61,160 nucleotides of DNA, taken from positions 1-61,160 of IMG/VR virus record IMGVR_UViG_3300044491_002233, one strand, 5' to 3'. The position numbers were made by a program, and so were the translations under genes. The notes beneath the pieces were generated by a model. It had not been told where the DNA came from, did no database searches, and worked only from the letters and a program-made list of their open reading frames with translations. Shown one piece after another: positions 18,668 through 28,764 of the stretch. This stretch comes from a virus. Its lineage: Duplodnaviria; Caudoviricetes. The stretch's first letter is position 1. Every line of letters begins with the position of its first letter.

Positions 18668-19548
18668 TATAATGATGGCGGCGCTTTCTTCCAGTAGTCG
18701 ATGGTAGGTATCGAACGTAGATCACTACGTGCAGATGTTCCTATCTTTTTTCGTTTGCCTTTCATGTGATCCATGTACTGTCCCAATTCGCTGTTAACAA
18801 ACACATGATGTCCTTTGACCCCTTTCCAATAACCTATGTCGTTAACTTTAATATTTTTCTCACTTCTATACATTTTTGATAGATGCCAAAAAACATAAGA
18901 GTCGTGCCATTCTAGTAATTTGAACACGTCGTCTGTGACGTAAAGTTTTTCCCAATCGTTAACAAAATTCTGTATCTCTGGATGATTCATGTTATATCCG
19001 ACGAACCCACATTCGGGATACTTGCCACCGTCATTTAGTTTTGGATTCTCTCTGCCTAGGTATGTGAGCATTGTGTTTTGTGGTAAAAGATTTTCAAAAA
19101 AACTCATTGGTATTGGTCTGAATGAGAATGTGTCACCGTCTATCCAAACAACGTAGTCATATTCTTTTGAATTTCGCACGGCATTCACAACGCAGAATAC
19201 TTTATTTGCGAATCTCACAGCGGCCCAGAGAAATGATCCTTTGTTTTTGTCCATGCCGCCCTTGGTCTGCAGTTCCGCCGGACGTCTTACGCCGCCTTTA
19301 ATTTCTTCAAGCTCTCCATTAGCAACAGGATCGTTTTTATGTTTGTCTTTGAATTTAAAAAGTTCCGGCTCGGCCGAATTAAGGTCAATCCAAGTTATCC
19401 TGTTGTATTTGCATTCTGGTTTTGGTTCTTCTGCATACACAACTAAGTCAATTTCTTTTGGAAATTGTTCGGCCATTGATTCTATACCCTTCTTTCCGTA
19501 CTGTTCCCACGTACCCGGTTTATATGATGTGATAACTTTAATTTTCAT
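18667..19548 (-). CDS. GT-A fold glycosyltransferase
   Basis: VVWIDGD DxD motif, ECGFVGYN, WHDS, HMKG. Confidence 0.65.
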   Translation of the reverse strand: MKIKVITSYKPGTWEQYGKKGIESMAEQFPKEIDLVVYAEEPKPECKYNRITWIDLNSAEPELFKFKDKHKNDPVANGELEEIKGGVRRPAELQTKGGMDKNKGSFLWAAVRFANKVFCVVNAVRNSKEYDYVVWIDGDTFSFRPIPMSFFENLLPQNTMLTYLGRENPKLNDGGKYPECGFVGYNMNHPEIQNFVNDWEKLYVTDDVFKLLEWHDSYVFWHLSKMYRSEKNIKVNDIGYWKGVKGHHVFVNSELGQYMDHMKGKRKKIGTSARSDLRSIPTIDYWKKAPPSL

Positions 19549-20311
19549 TTATTCTTCTATTTAAATCTTTATATCCCGGCCAGTTTAATAAAACTTGCTG
19601 TTGATCTTTTGGTAATTCGTCAATATAGTTTGATCCGCCCCTTCTGTAAAATTTAAGTTCTCCGGGTGCGTCTATGTTGTTCTTTTCTTGCATTTTCTTA
19701 AAAGTGGTTTGTTCTTTTGCATATGCAAACGCGGGTTGGTCAAAATCTCCAAATATAAATTCGATTAATCGTTGCCATTCTGAATCTTGTTTCTTGAGGT
19801 CTTCGTATCTAACAAACAACTTATTACCCGCATGTTGATTGTAATGATCTATCTGTGCATTCATGAAGTTGATTATTATATCAAATCCCCATTGCTTGTT
19901 GGTAGCAAAGTCGATGATGTCTGTATGGTCAGGGGCATCGAAATTCTTGTAAGGTATACTCTGTAGATATGGCCAGTAACTGAATAACACGTCTATGGGA
20001 TTTCTAAATAGATATATTATATTTTGCTTTTTCATTTCTTTTTGAAATATAAATTTACATTTATTCTGTATTTCGAAATATTCTTGCCACGGTATATGTC
20101 CTGTAGCACTCATCCAGTCGTGTCTGAACAGTATCCTAGGTACACCAGGTCTCGGCCTATCTACCCATTTGCTAAAATTTATTTTATATTTCTTAGCAAT
20201 GTAGTGTCCAAATAGATGTTTCATCCAAGTACGGCCACAACGAGGAAAACTTAATATTAGATTAGGTATACTATCGTATTGATTTTTAAGCACTCCAATT
20301 CTTCTATGCAT
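19538..20311 (-). CDS. PAPS-dependent sulfotransferase
   Basis: 5'-PSB SFPRCGRTWM, 3'-PB RNPIDVLFS, RYEDL, FYRRG. Confidence 0.85.
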   Translation of the reverse strand: MHRRIGVLKNQYDSIPNLILSFPRCGRTWMKHLFGHYIAKKYKINFSKWVDRPRPGVPRILFRHDWMSATGHIPWQEYFEIQNKCKFIFQKEMKKQNIIYLFRNPIDVLFSYWPYLQSIPYKNFDAPDHTDIIDFATNKQWGFDIIINFMNAQIDHYNQHAGNKLFVRYEDLKKQDSEWQRLIEFIFGDFDQPAFAYAKEQTTFKKMQEKNNIDAPGELKFYRRGGSNYIDELPKDQQQVLLNWPGYKDLNRRINEN

Positions 20312-21296
20312 TATCTAATCCCAATTTCTTTTTGAATCTTTTGAGTACAGTGCCGTTTCTTATCTCATCTGTACTCCACATCTTGTATCCTATATCGTGT
20401 ACCCATTGTGTCCTATCTGGGTATTCTGGGGTTTCGATGTTGTTTAAGTTTGTGTTTGCAACTGACCAACAGATCGCTAGATCCGATGTGACAAACGTGG
20501 GAATACCACGGACACATGAATCTACACTCGCGGTGCTGTTGTGTGTGACGAAGGCGTGACAGTTGGCCAATGCTTCTTGCAAATTGAATCTATAATATTT
20601 CTTTTCGTCTCCGACAAATGTTGTTGGACCTTCTATTAGTTCACAGTCTTCGGGGAATTCGTTTCTACGTCTTATCATCTGAGCCATGTGATTGGGGTGT
20701 GGTCGGATCAAGAACCTACGATCAGTAGCAGGTCGTAGTTTTTCATACACACCATTGAACCAGTCTATAGGATCTAGCTCATCCATGCTCCAGTTATCTT
20801 TGGGTTGAAGGCCAAACAGTATGGGGTCATCTTGATTTGATTTACGCCATGGTTCATATTTTATATTCCATAGGTTCTTCATCATGTTCCATCGGTCGCT
20901 TGGACTGTTATCGCTCAAGAAGTTACCGTTGTTCATTGGCGAATACAGGCTAACACGCCAGTGGTGGTTAGGGTGTGTTATCGTGTTACCAAAACTAGAC
21001 AATATGCCACCATCAAATGTAATAATGTAAATGCCTTTCTTTTTAGCACGTTCCACAAGATCCCTCCTACGTCCCTTGGTGTGGTGCAGTTGATTCTTTC
21101 CCCCGTAACCAAACATACAACCGATCGGTGCTGTTGGTTCCATTTCATCTTTACGCCACTCTCCGGTGAGTGTTTCATTTACTATTATAGGTTCATCACC
21201 ACATTGTTTTATACCCTCTTCCATGTGTTTCAGTAACTGAAAACTAGCACCATTCTTTCTATCTTTTACTGTCCTTCTAAATATCTCAACTTTCAT
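20304..21296 (-). CDS. KpsS/KpsC-like protein, paralogue 2
   Basis: LQPKDNWS, IRPHP, VTHNSTASVDSCVRGIPTF. Confidence 0.65.
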   Translation of the reverse strand: MKVEIFRRTVKDRKNGASFQLLKHMEEGIKQCGDEPIIVNETLTGEWRKDEMEPTAPIGCMFGYGGKNQLHHTKGRRRDLVERAKKKGIYIITFDGGILSSFGNTITHPNHHWRVSLYSPMNNGNFLSDNSPSDRWNMMKNLWNIKYEPWRKSNQDDPILFGLQPKDNWSMDELDPIDWFNGVYEKLRPATDRRFLIRPHPNHMAQMIRRRNEFPEDCELIEGPTTFVGDEKKYYRFNLQEALANCHAFVTHNSTASVDSCVRGIPTFVTSDLAICWSVANTNLNNIETPEYPDRTQWVHDIGYKMWSTDEIRNGTVLKRFKKKLGLDNA

Positions 21297-22101
21297 CTAG
21301 TATCCTCTTTGCTGTCCCATCACTCATTTCGTTGGCTGTGAATTGTCCATATGCTAGACTGTAGAACAACGGTCTAGGGTCTTCATAGACAGGTTGTTCA
21401 ATGCGTGCCAAACTCTTGCCCGCGATGGGAAACGCACAATTATTGCTGTCAGCGAACACAGGTACTCCGCTTGCAAGTGCTTTTACAGTAATAGAACTAT
21501 TGTTGGTTACAACGGCGTGTATGTCGTTCCAGTCAAACTTTTCTTTTGTCGTTTTAGAATTATTTTCTCCCGTGTGCATTACGCCATTTGCACCTAGTTG
21601 CACTTCCGGATTGTAAGGTTTTTCCCGGACGATGATTTCTCTGTCCGTGTATCTTTTAAGTTCAGTCAATGTGTTTTCCAACCAATTTTCACATTTGAAA
21701 AAAGTTTTGATCGAGTTAGTGGGAGGACACACTAATATCTTCTTTCCGTTTTTGTGATACGGTCTTATTTCATGCGGAAACGTTGCTTTGAATCTGTCGT
21801 CTGGTCTTTCGTCTATGAAGTTTTTCACATGATCATTTTTGACTATCCTCATGAAGTAAGGTTTCTGCCTGCTGATACCCCAATAAGGTCTATCCATGTA
21901 ATAGAAGTCTATCTTGTTTTTCTGGCAGTGTTCGTACACTAGATTGGTTCCCCTTAATATGCCAAGCAACCAAACTTTAGTAGCATCTTTTCTGGCAATT
22001 ACTTCATTGTATGGAAGTATTTTTGATCCAGGCATTCCTTTTTGTGCAAACTCGATATACTTCTCTGTTAGTTGTCTATGTGTCTTGCTTAGGTATATCA
22101 T
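21286..22101 (-). CDS. KpsS/KpsC-like protein, paralogue 3
   Basis: ILVCPP, VREKP, VVTNNSSITVKALASGVPVF, LAYGQFT. Confidence 0.6.
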   Translation of the reverse strand: MIYLSKTHRQLTEKYIEFAQKGMPGSKILPYNEVIARKDATKVWLLGILRGTNLVYEHCQKNKIDFYYMDRPYWGISRQKPYFMRIVKNDHVKNFIDERPDDRFKATFPHEIRPYHKNGKKILVCPPTNSIKTFFKCENWLENTLTELKRYTDREIIVREKPYNPEVQLGANGVMHTGENNSKTTKEKFDWNDIHAVVTNNSSITVKALASGVPVFADSNNCAFPIAGKSLARIEQPVYEDPRPLFYSLAYGQFTANEMSDGTAKRILDES

Positions 22102-23183
22102 TAGTCTATGTGCTTCATTAGGTCAGTGATATTAATTTTAAAGTTAATTAGATCTGTCAATCGTTTTACACCAGTTGGCTTTTTATCTTTCTCCAACGGG
22201 ATAGGCACTGTGTCTGCAAGATATAATTTGTGTTCTAGTCCCAGGTGATGTGATAATACAGGATAAACTTTCTTGTGTATCATTTTAGGATCTTGTATTT
22301 CGATTATTTTTGTTCCCGGGTCGCACCATAACAAATTTACTAGTCCTGCACCGTGTGCCGCAACAATGTGTGTAGCGCCTGCAAACGTTTTCATCTGATC
22401 TCGTATGGTCATGTTTTCTAGTGCAACTGTTTCCCAACCTTTAAGAGCTAACAGCAATTCGTCAGAGTTTGTGATCTTTCTCGTTTTCGCACCCGGACGT
22501 AACACTAAAATCTTCCTATTAGGTTTTATATCTTTTAACTCCAGACGACCTTTAAAGTGCCTTAACCATGGAGCAAGGTACGGAGTGATCACGCCATCTT
22601 TTGAGTTGCTCATGCTAGGAACCAGTAGATGCTTGAATTGCCATGTTTCGTTTTTTGGCATTACAAGAACTTTAACTTCAGGGAACAGTTCTTTGATACA
22701 TTTTTCTAGATATTTGCTTTCATTCGCCAACACATAGCAATACTTTGTGAAGTCAGTGGACCATCTCTTCTCTATCAATCTAAATTTTGATATGATGTCA
22801 ATCCATATGTGCCATGGATTGTTCACGCTCTGTTCGTCGATGGGCAACCACACATAGTAATATTTTTCATGGAAATGTTTGGTGACTGGTGGTAGGTCTG
22901 CTTGTATTTCGTCTCCCCATTCTTTCCACAGTTTGTGTGACTTGTGGGGTTTGTGTTTACTGTTGTGTGTGAGTCCCCAGATATAGTTGGTTATCAACTT
23001 CTGCTGATAGGTAACAAGCAACGGACAACTATGTACTTTGCAATCATAGAATTCAGCAACAAATGTCGGTAAACTTGTAAAATTTGATTTGACATCTTTG
23101 TGATACGGCACTGTGTAATCGTAACTGGTGTCCACAGTCTCCCATTTATCCAAGAAGTATCTGATTGAATCTATGTTCTTCAT
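22101..23183 (-). CDS. Glycosyltransferase family 61 (DUF563-like)
   Basis: NPWHIWID, RKITN, AAHGAGLVNLLW, IIEI. Confidence 0.82.
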   Translation of the reverse strand: MKNIDSIRYFLDKWETVDTSYDYTVPYHKDVKSNFTSLPTFVAEFYDCKVHSCPLLVTYQQKLITNYIWGLTHNSKHKPHKSHKLWKEWGDEIQADLPPVTKHFHEKYYYVWLPIDEQSVNNPWHIWIDIISKFRLIEKRWSTDFTKYCYVLANESKYLEKCIKELFPEVKVLVMPKNETWQFKHLLVPSMSNSKDGVITPYLAPWLRHFKGRLELKDIKPNRKILVLRPGAKTRKITNSDELLLALKGWETVALENMTIRDQMKTFAGATHIVAAHGAGLVNLLWCDPGTKIIEIQDPKMIHKKVYPVLSHHLGLEHKLYLADTVPIPLEKDKKPTGVKRLTDLINFKINITDLMKHID

Positions 23184-23222
23184 GTTGCTATTTGCCTATA
23201 ATTATACTATAATTATTGAGCT
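23184..23222. promoter_or_regulatory. Divergent promoter region of the glycan island
   Basis: 39-bp AT-rich gap; CAAATA 5 nt before the minus ATG, TATAATTA 7 nt before the plus ATG. Confidence 0.5.
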
Positions 23223-23912
23223 ATGCCTACCAAACTATTCATTAATGGATGTTCGTTCCTAACTTACAGACCTAAAGATAATGTCAATACTCATTGCGGT
23301 CTCGAATTGGCAAAACTGTTAGGATATGATGTCGAAGTAAACCTAGCCAATGGGGGCAGAGGGTCGAAGAGATTGATGTGGACCACTAGAGTTTGGTGTG
23401 AGAAATTCCCAGAACTTGCAGAAAACTGTTTTTTCCTAATCGGATCTAGTGGTGGAAACAGGTTTGATTATCCAACATCTGATGGATACAAGGCACATAA
23501 ATTCCCCACAATGAAGACAACTTGGAAAACTTGGGATCCAAACAGAGACAAACACACAACAAGTTTTATAAAATATCTTTTCAGCCTAGGGGCAGACCTA
23601 GATCAAATGACACAAATTGAATCTATATTAGGTCTATTAGACCTACAAGACTATTTTGAAAATAAAAAATTTCCTTACGTATTTTACAACACACTTTCAG
23701 ATAACAAAATAGAAAATCCAGATATACAATTACTATTTGATAAAATTAAAAAAGAAAGATTTTTTAAGCCAGAGACTAGTCATTTAGATTATACGGTGGC
23801 AAACAATCAGCAGTGTAAACCAAATGATCCACACCCCAATGAAGAAGGCCATAAACAATGGGCCGAACAACTGAAGGAGTTTATAGATGCTAACAATCTA
23901 CTCACCATCTAA
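23223..23912 (+). CDS. SGNH/GDSL hydrolase-like protein (possible acyltransferase/esterase)
   Basis: LFINGCSF block I, NLANGG block II, DPHPNEEGH block V. Confidence 0.75.
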   Translation: MPTKLFINGCSFLTYRPKDNVNTHCGLELAKLLGYDVEVNLANGGRGSKRLMWTTRVWCEKFPELAENCFFLIGSSGGNRFDYPTSDGYKAHKFPTMKTTWKTWDPNRDKHTTSFIKYLFSLGADLDQMTQIESILGLLDLQDYFENKKFPYVFYNTLSDNKIENPDIQLLFDKIKKERFFKPETSHLDYTVANNQQCKPNDPHPNEEGHKQWAEQLKEFIDANNLLTI

Positions 23913-24699
23913 TAATCTAAACAGCAAGGCTTGGGAAGTGTTTAATGGAGTTGAAAAATCATGGCCTGATCAGATCACAAAGTTAAACAACGCAGTGGAA
24001 ACAGATCCGGTCAATAACAGCATGTTCTGGGGATTTGTTGGTAACAACAGAGAAATGGTTAAGAAACTGGAAGCACGTAATCACAACTACTGGTTTACTG
24101 ATACTCCATATTTTGGCAGGTTTGACAATAACAATCTCAAACCAGATAATCACTACTGGCGTATCTGTAAGAATGCTATACACGTTCCGTACATCAAAGG
24201 ATGTAAGGCAGATAGATTTGAGAAGTTTGGTTTGAAGATTAAGGCACCTAATTTTGCTGGCAAACACATTTTGGTTTGTCCTAGTTCGGCAGGAATACAC
24301 GGGTATCTAGATAGACCAAACTGGACAAAGGAAACAATAAACCAGATCAAGAGATACACAGATAGACCCATCAAACTTCGACACAAGCCTAGGGGCAGGG
24401 GTACGTCAGGGCCGAGTGAGGCCATAGTACCTCTATCCGAAGATCTCAAAGAAGCCTGGTGTGTGGTCACTAGTTGTAGCATAGCGGCCGTTGAGGCTAT
24501 GTGTGAAGGAATACCTGTGTTCTGTGATGACAAAAGTTTCGCTGTAGATGTTGGAAACGTGGAACTGTCTGACATTGAGAATCCGTACTACGGTGGCCCG
24601 GAACCTTGGTTATACAGCCTAGCATATCAACAGTTTACACCCGAGGAGTTTGCGAATGGTACAGCAGTAGAGATATTGATGGACAAAGGAATATTATGA
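23887..24699 (+). CDS. KpsS/KpsC-like protein, paralogue 4
   Basis: ILVCPS, LRHKP, VVTSCSIAAVEAMCEGIPVF, LAYQQFT. Confidence 0.62.
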   Translation: MLTIYSPSNNLNSKAWEVFNGVEKSWPDQITKLNNAVETDPVNNSMFWGFVGNNREMVKKLEARNHNYWFTDTPYFGRFDNNNLKPDNHYWRICKNAIHVPYIKGCKADRFEKFGLKIKAPNFAGKHILVCPSSAGIHGYLDRPNWTKETINQIKRYTDRPIKLRHKPRGRGTSGPSEAIVPLSEDLKEAWCVVTSCSIAAVEAMCEGIPVFCDDKSFAVDVGNVELSDIENPYYGGPEPWLYSLAYQQFTPEEFANGTAVEILMDKGIL

Positions 24700-25322
24700 A
24701 GATTGAAAAAATAAACGGTTTCTGGGTGCCCAGCAACGATATACACATAGAAGAATGGAAAGGTGGCCAGCCTTTCACACAAAATAAATGTTTGAACAAG
24801 TTTCTAAAATACTGCAAATCACAGAATAAAAAAATGAAGACAGTTATTGATGTGGGTGCCTGGTGTGGTACATGGGCAAAAGCAATTGAACCATTTGTTA
24901 GAAAAGTAATTGCATTTGAACCTGACAAAACACATTTTACATGCCTACAGCGTAATTGCACTATCAATTGTGACCCGAGGATGGAAGCAGTTGGATCCGA
25001 AATAAAAACTATTTCATTAACCGATGATGATTTTACACAGGCAAAAAGAGTAGATAAGCAGGGCGATATAAGAATGATCACATTAGATCATATGAAGTAT
25101 CAAGACGTTGATATGATTAAAATTGATGTCGAAGGCTACGAAATGGAAGTACTTAAAGGTGCGACAAAAACTTTAGATGGTGTAACGTATCTAATGATTG
25201 AACTAAACAACAACACTAAAAAATATGGTAGCAGTAATATTGAAGTTGAAAGATATATAAACTCATTAGGATTTAAAGTACTAATGACACATTGGCCAGA
25301 CAAAGTTTTCTATCGTGCATAA
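24696..25322 (+). CDS. FkbM-family methyltransferase
   Basis: VIDVGAWCG, AFEP, IKIDVEGYE; start set at the ATGA overlap. Confidence 0.85.
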   Translation: MKIEKINGFWVPSNDIHIEEWKGGQPFTQNKCLNKFLKYCKSQNKKMKTVIDVGAWCGTWAKAIEPFVRKVIAFEPDKTHFTCLQRNCTINCDPRMEAVGSEIKTISLTDDDFTQAKRVDKQGDIRMITLDHMKYQDVDMIKIDVEGYEMEVLKGATKTLDGVTYLMIELNNNTKKYGSSNIEVERYINSLGFKVLMTHWPDKVFYRA

Positions 25323-25329
25323 CTTAAAT

Positions 25330-25335
25330 TAAATA
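25330..25335 (+). promoter_or_regulatory. Late-type box TAAATA, 6 nt before the epimerase ATG
   Basis: TAAATA-CTCAAA-ATG. Confidence 0.6.
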
Positions 25336-25341
25336 CTCAAA

Positions 25342-26346
25342 ATGAAAATTTTTATAACAGGTATAGCAGGTTTTTTAGGTTCCCATCTAGCAGATTTAAT
25401 GATATCAGAAGGCCACACAGTTGCTGGCAATGACAACATGATTGGCGGATACGCCGACAATGTCCCCCAAAATGTAGAGTTCCATCAGGTGGATTGTTGT
25501 GATTTAGAAAACATGACCAAAGCCATGGAAGGCTGTGACATAGTTTACCATACTGCCGCAACGGCATACGAAGGTCTGTCTGTATTTTCTCCTGTGCTTG
25601 TCACAAGGAACATATTCGAAGCATCAGTCACAACTATTACAGCGGCTATAAGGAACAAGGTTAAACGTATTGTGTATTGTTCAAGCATGGCGAGATATGG
25701 CCAGCATGATCAAATGCCATACAAAGAAACATATGAATGTCGGCCACAGGATCCATATGGTATCGCAAAGAAAGCCGGTGAGGATGTATTAAAAAATTTA
25801 TGTGAGACTCATGGGGTTGAGTATGTAATTGCCGTACCACACAACATAGTTGGTCCAAGACAGAAGTACGATGACCCATTTAGGAATGTCATGTCCATTA
25901 TGTTGAACAGGATGTTACAAGGCAAACAACCTATCATATACGGAGACGGAGAGCAACAAAGATGTTTTAGTTACATAGATGATTGTTTGTACTGTTTAAA
26001 CGCACTAGCATTCCAAGACAATGTAGTCGGAGAAGTGATCAACATTGGACCAGACGAAGAACCCATAACGATCAATGAGCTAGCGGAGGCCTGTGCAAAT
26101 GAAACCGGACTTAACCTAGATCCTATACATCACAAAGACAGACCTAAAGAAGTTAAACTAGCAGTATGTTCATCAGACAAAGCAAGAGAATTATTAGGTT
26201 ACAACACGGCAACAAACATGCGGCAATCTGTTAAGAAAACAGCCGAGTACATAAGAACCAGAGGCACAAAAAAATTTCAATATCATTTGCCATTAGAAAT
26301 TATAAACGAACAAACACCCGATACTTGGAAGAACAAATTGATATGA
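25342..26346 (+). CDS. NAD-dependent nucleotide-sugar epimerase/dehydratase
   Basis: TGIAGFLG, CSS, YGIAK (YxxxK), NIVGP, RCFSYIDD. Confidence 0.92.
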   Translation: MKIFITGIAGFLGSHLADLMISEGHTVAGNDNMIGGYADNVPQNVEFHQVDCCDLENMTKAMEGCDIVYHTAATAYEGLSVFSPVLVTRNIFEASVTTITAAIRNKVKRIVYCSSMARYGQHDQMPYKETYECRPQDPYGIAKKAGEDVLKNLCETHGVEYVIAVPHNIVGPRQKYDDPFRNVMSIMLNRMLQGKQPIIYGDGEQQRCFSYIDDCLYCLNALAFQDNVVGEVINIGPDEEPITINELAEACANETGLNLDPIHHKDRPKEVKLAVCSSDKARELLGYNTATNMRQSVKKTAEYIRTRGTKKFQYHLPLEIINEQTPDTWKNKLI

Positions 26347-27053
26347 TTTCATTTTGTTGTCCGTCACGAGGCAGACCTGAATTGGCAAAAAGACTAGTCG
26401 ACACTGCTACCGCAACACAAAAACACGATACAGAATTTTTATTCTATCTCAATAATGATGATGAGAAATTAGAAGAATACAAAGATTTACTAGACGAAAA
26501 ATATTATACAGTAGGACCAAATCAATCTACTTGTTACAGTTGGAACTTGATGAGTGATAAAGCCTCACACGATATCGTTATGCTCATGGGAGATGACGTG
26601 CAAGTACAAACACAAGACTGGGATCAGATAATTGCAGACGAAATAAACAAATACAAAGATAAGATTTTAATGGTAGTGCCGAGTGATGGCAGGACCAAAG
26701 GAAACAAAAATTTTGGAGATCATCCAATGTTATGGAGAGATAAACCACTGCCGGCGGCACATTTCGCAGTCCATAAGAACTGGATTAATACGCTGGGCTA
26801 TCTGGCACCGGTGTACTTCTGGCATTGGCATGTGGATTCTTATACCCAGAAAGTTGCACGTAAACTGAATAGATGTCTTTACCTACCAACAGTAGAATTT
26901 AAGGCAAAAAAAATACTCAATGACAATGCAGGCCAGCAGATAAGGGGTAATTTAAATATTGCAAAACGTGACGAGTTTGTTTGGACCAAGGTGCGTGACA
27001 GGCATATGAATGCTGACATTGCCGCGTTAAGATCTTTTATCGAATCTTTCTAA
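26343..27053 (+). CDS. GT2-like glycosyltransferase
   Basis: ISFCCPSRGRP, SWN, LMGDD; ATGA overlap start. Confidence 0.7.
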   Translation: MISFCCPSRGRPELAKRLVDTATATQKHDTEFLFYLNNDDEKLEEYKDLLDEKYYTVGPNQSTCYSWNLMSDKASHDIVMLMGDDVQVQTQDWDQIIADEINKYKDKILMVVPSDGRTKGNKNFGDHPMLWRDKPLPAAHFAVHKNWINTLGYLAPVYFWHWHVDSYTQKVARKLNRCLYLPTVEFKAKKILNDNAGQQIRGNLNIAKRDEFVWTKVRDRHMNADIAALRSFIESF

Positions 27054-27467
27054 TAGGTTTAACCACACTTCTTCTTTCATATCTATTTGTAAAACTGGTC
27101 TTCTGATGTAACTTCTTTTATTTCGAACTATTTTTATATCATTTGATCTTGTGATCAAAAAAGTATTTGGGAAATATGTTATTGTTTTTCCAGCCAACAA
27201 TATATCTTTTTCGTTACTTCTATCCGATCTTTCTTTAAAGAACCACAAGCACATGATGTCTTTGCTTTTATCTATATCTTGTAGGTCTTCATAAAACTGA
27301 AATCCGACCTTGTATTTGCTGTCAAACTCGTTCCATATGTCGTGTGTGAGATTATTTTGATTTTCGTACAGCCTGTCATACTCTTTGGTGTCATATATTG
27401 TAGAGGCAACAAAGTGTTTGACCGGTTCCTTAAAGAAATGATTTGGTTCTAATTTTTCCCACTTCAT
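27027..27467 (-). CDS. Hypothetical protein (possible degenerate 2OG-oxygenase fold)
   Basis: TGATG overlap start; ITYFPNTFLI...RRPVLQI; no HxD. Confidence 0.45.
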   Translation of the reverse strand: MKWEKLEPNHFFKEPVKHFVASTIYDTKEYDRLYENQNNLTHDIWNEFDSKYKVGFQFYEDLQDIDKSKDIMCLWFFKERSDRSNEKDILLAGKTITYFPNTFLITRSNDIKIVRNKRSYIRRPVLQIDMKEEVWLNLLERFDKRS

Positions 27468-28144
27468 CAGGCACTGAATAGATTTATGACTTCCTTCTTC
27501 CAATCATCGGCGTACTCGCAGTTCCGGTATCCGTCGAACCATGGCCCACCCTCGGTGTAGTGAAGTATCTTGGGTTTGCCGTCTTTGGGTTCCTTGTACC
27601 AACCCACCAACCAGTTATATTCATGAGGCAAAGAACCAATATCGGAGTCATCTAACCAACTAAATCTGTGTAAAAATTTTGGTGTTTCTTTGTTTAGCAC
27701 TTCCGGAGTCAACATCGTGTTCTTAGGATGTCCGCAATTCCAAAGAACCATGCTACTCCAATTTTTTCTAGGGTATGTTGTTTGCACTTGTCCATCCATC
27801 TTGATCGACCCTTCCTCGGGTGTGTAATCGTGTTGTACACAAATCACTGCCTTAGAGTCATCACAATACTTTTCGAGCTCTTTTGTAGGAATCTTCCAAA
27901 GAAAATCACAATCACAAAATACTGCCCATCCCTTGTAGTCGTTCAGGAATGGGACAAAGAATCTAGTAAATGTGAATTCTGTTGTCGCTAACTTGTCGAT
28001 GTCTCGGGTATATATGCCTTGCGCTCGCATCTCATTTTGCTTGAGAGGTATCACCTCTGCCGACGGATCCCTACGTTTGATAGAGTGTTCACACACTTGA
28101 TATGATATGTCTTCTCGCGAATCCCAGCCTACGTATACTTTCAT
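27467..28144 (-). CDS. GT8-like glycosyltransferase
   Basis: TEFTFTRF, FCDCDF, RKNWSS, YNWLVG, HYTEGGPW. Confidence 0.8.
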   Translation of the reverse strand: MKVYVGWDSREDISYQVCEHSIKRRDPSAEVIPLKQNEMRAQGIYTRDIDKLATTEFTFTRFFVPFLNDYKGWAVFCDCDFLWKIPTKELEKYCDDSKAVICVQHDYTPEEGSIKMDGQVQTTYPRKNWSSMVLWNCGHPKNTMLTPEVLNKETPKFLHRFSWLDDSDIGSLPHEYNWLVGWYKEPKDGKPKILHYTEGGPWFDGYRNCEYADDWKKEVINLFSA

Positions 28145-28764
28145 TTAGATAATATTTCGTGTATTTGTTTCCAATTATTTACACGTATTATGTCAGGATG
28201 ATTGAGGTCTCTGTTATATGGGTGGTCGATTAATATAGGCTTTAAACCGTAATAGAGCCCTGCTAGTGCGTTCTTAGGCTTGTCCTCAACCCAATACAGC
28301 CCAGTATCATGAAACTCGGCTAATGCCGAATCTTTGTCAGCACCGGTGCCTAGTATATGATAATTGGTAAACACATGCTCACCAAACAGTTCTCCCAATC
28401 TTTTCTTACGTAATTGCTGTCCCGGTATGTCTGATGTCTGTGATGTGATAGGTATGAACGTCCAACCCTCAGCGGCCAACAGTTTGACCCAAGTCTGTGA
28501 CTCCAGCATCGGTCTCTGTGTGCCCATCCAAGCACTCCTGTTGAATTCCCTAATCTCTTGTCTTATTGTGTCTTTGCTCACCCCGTACCTAATAGACATG
28601 TCGTATTCGTTTAGCATGTTTGGTAATTGTTTGTATGGGTAATATCTTTTTCCTCTTTCATCAAAATATGATCTCAACGACATCCATTTTTCGAAATGAT
28701 GTTCCCACTCTAATAACACACCGTCTACGTCTGTGAGTATTATTCTATTATTTGATGTCAGCAT
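28141..28764 (-). CDS. HAD-family nucleotidase/phosphatase (T4 30.2-like)
   Basis: LTDVDGVL, ITS, K, WVED..N. Confidence 0.78.
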   Translation of the reverse strand: MLTSNNRIILTDVDGVLLEWEHHFEKWMSLRSYFDERGKRYYPYKQLPNMLNEYDMSIRYGVSKDTIRQEIREFNRSAWMGTQRPMLESQTWVKLLAAEGWTFIPITSQTSDIPGQQLRKKRLGELFGEHVFTNYHILGTGADKDSALAEFHDTGLYWVEDKPKNALAGLYYGLKPILIDHPYNRDLNHPDIIRVNNWKQIHEILSK

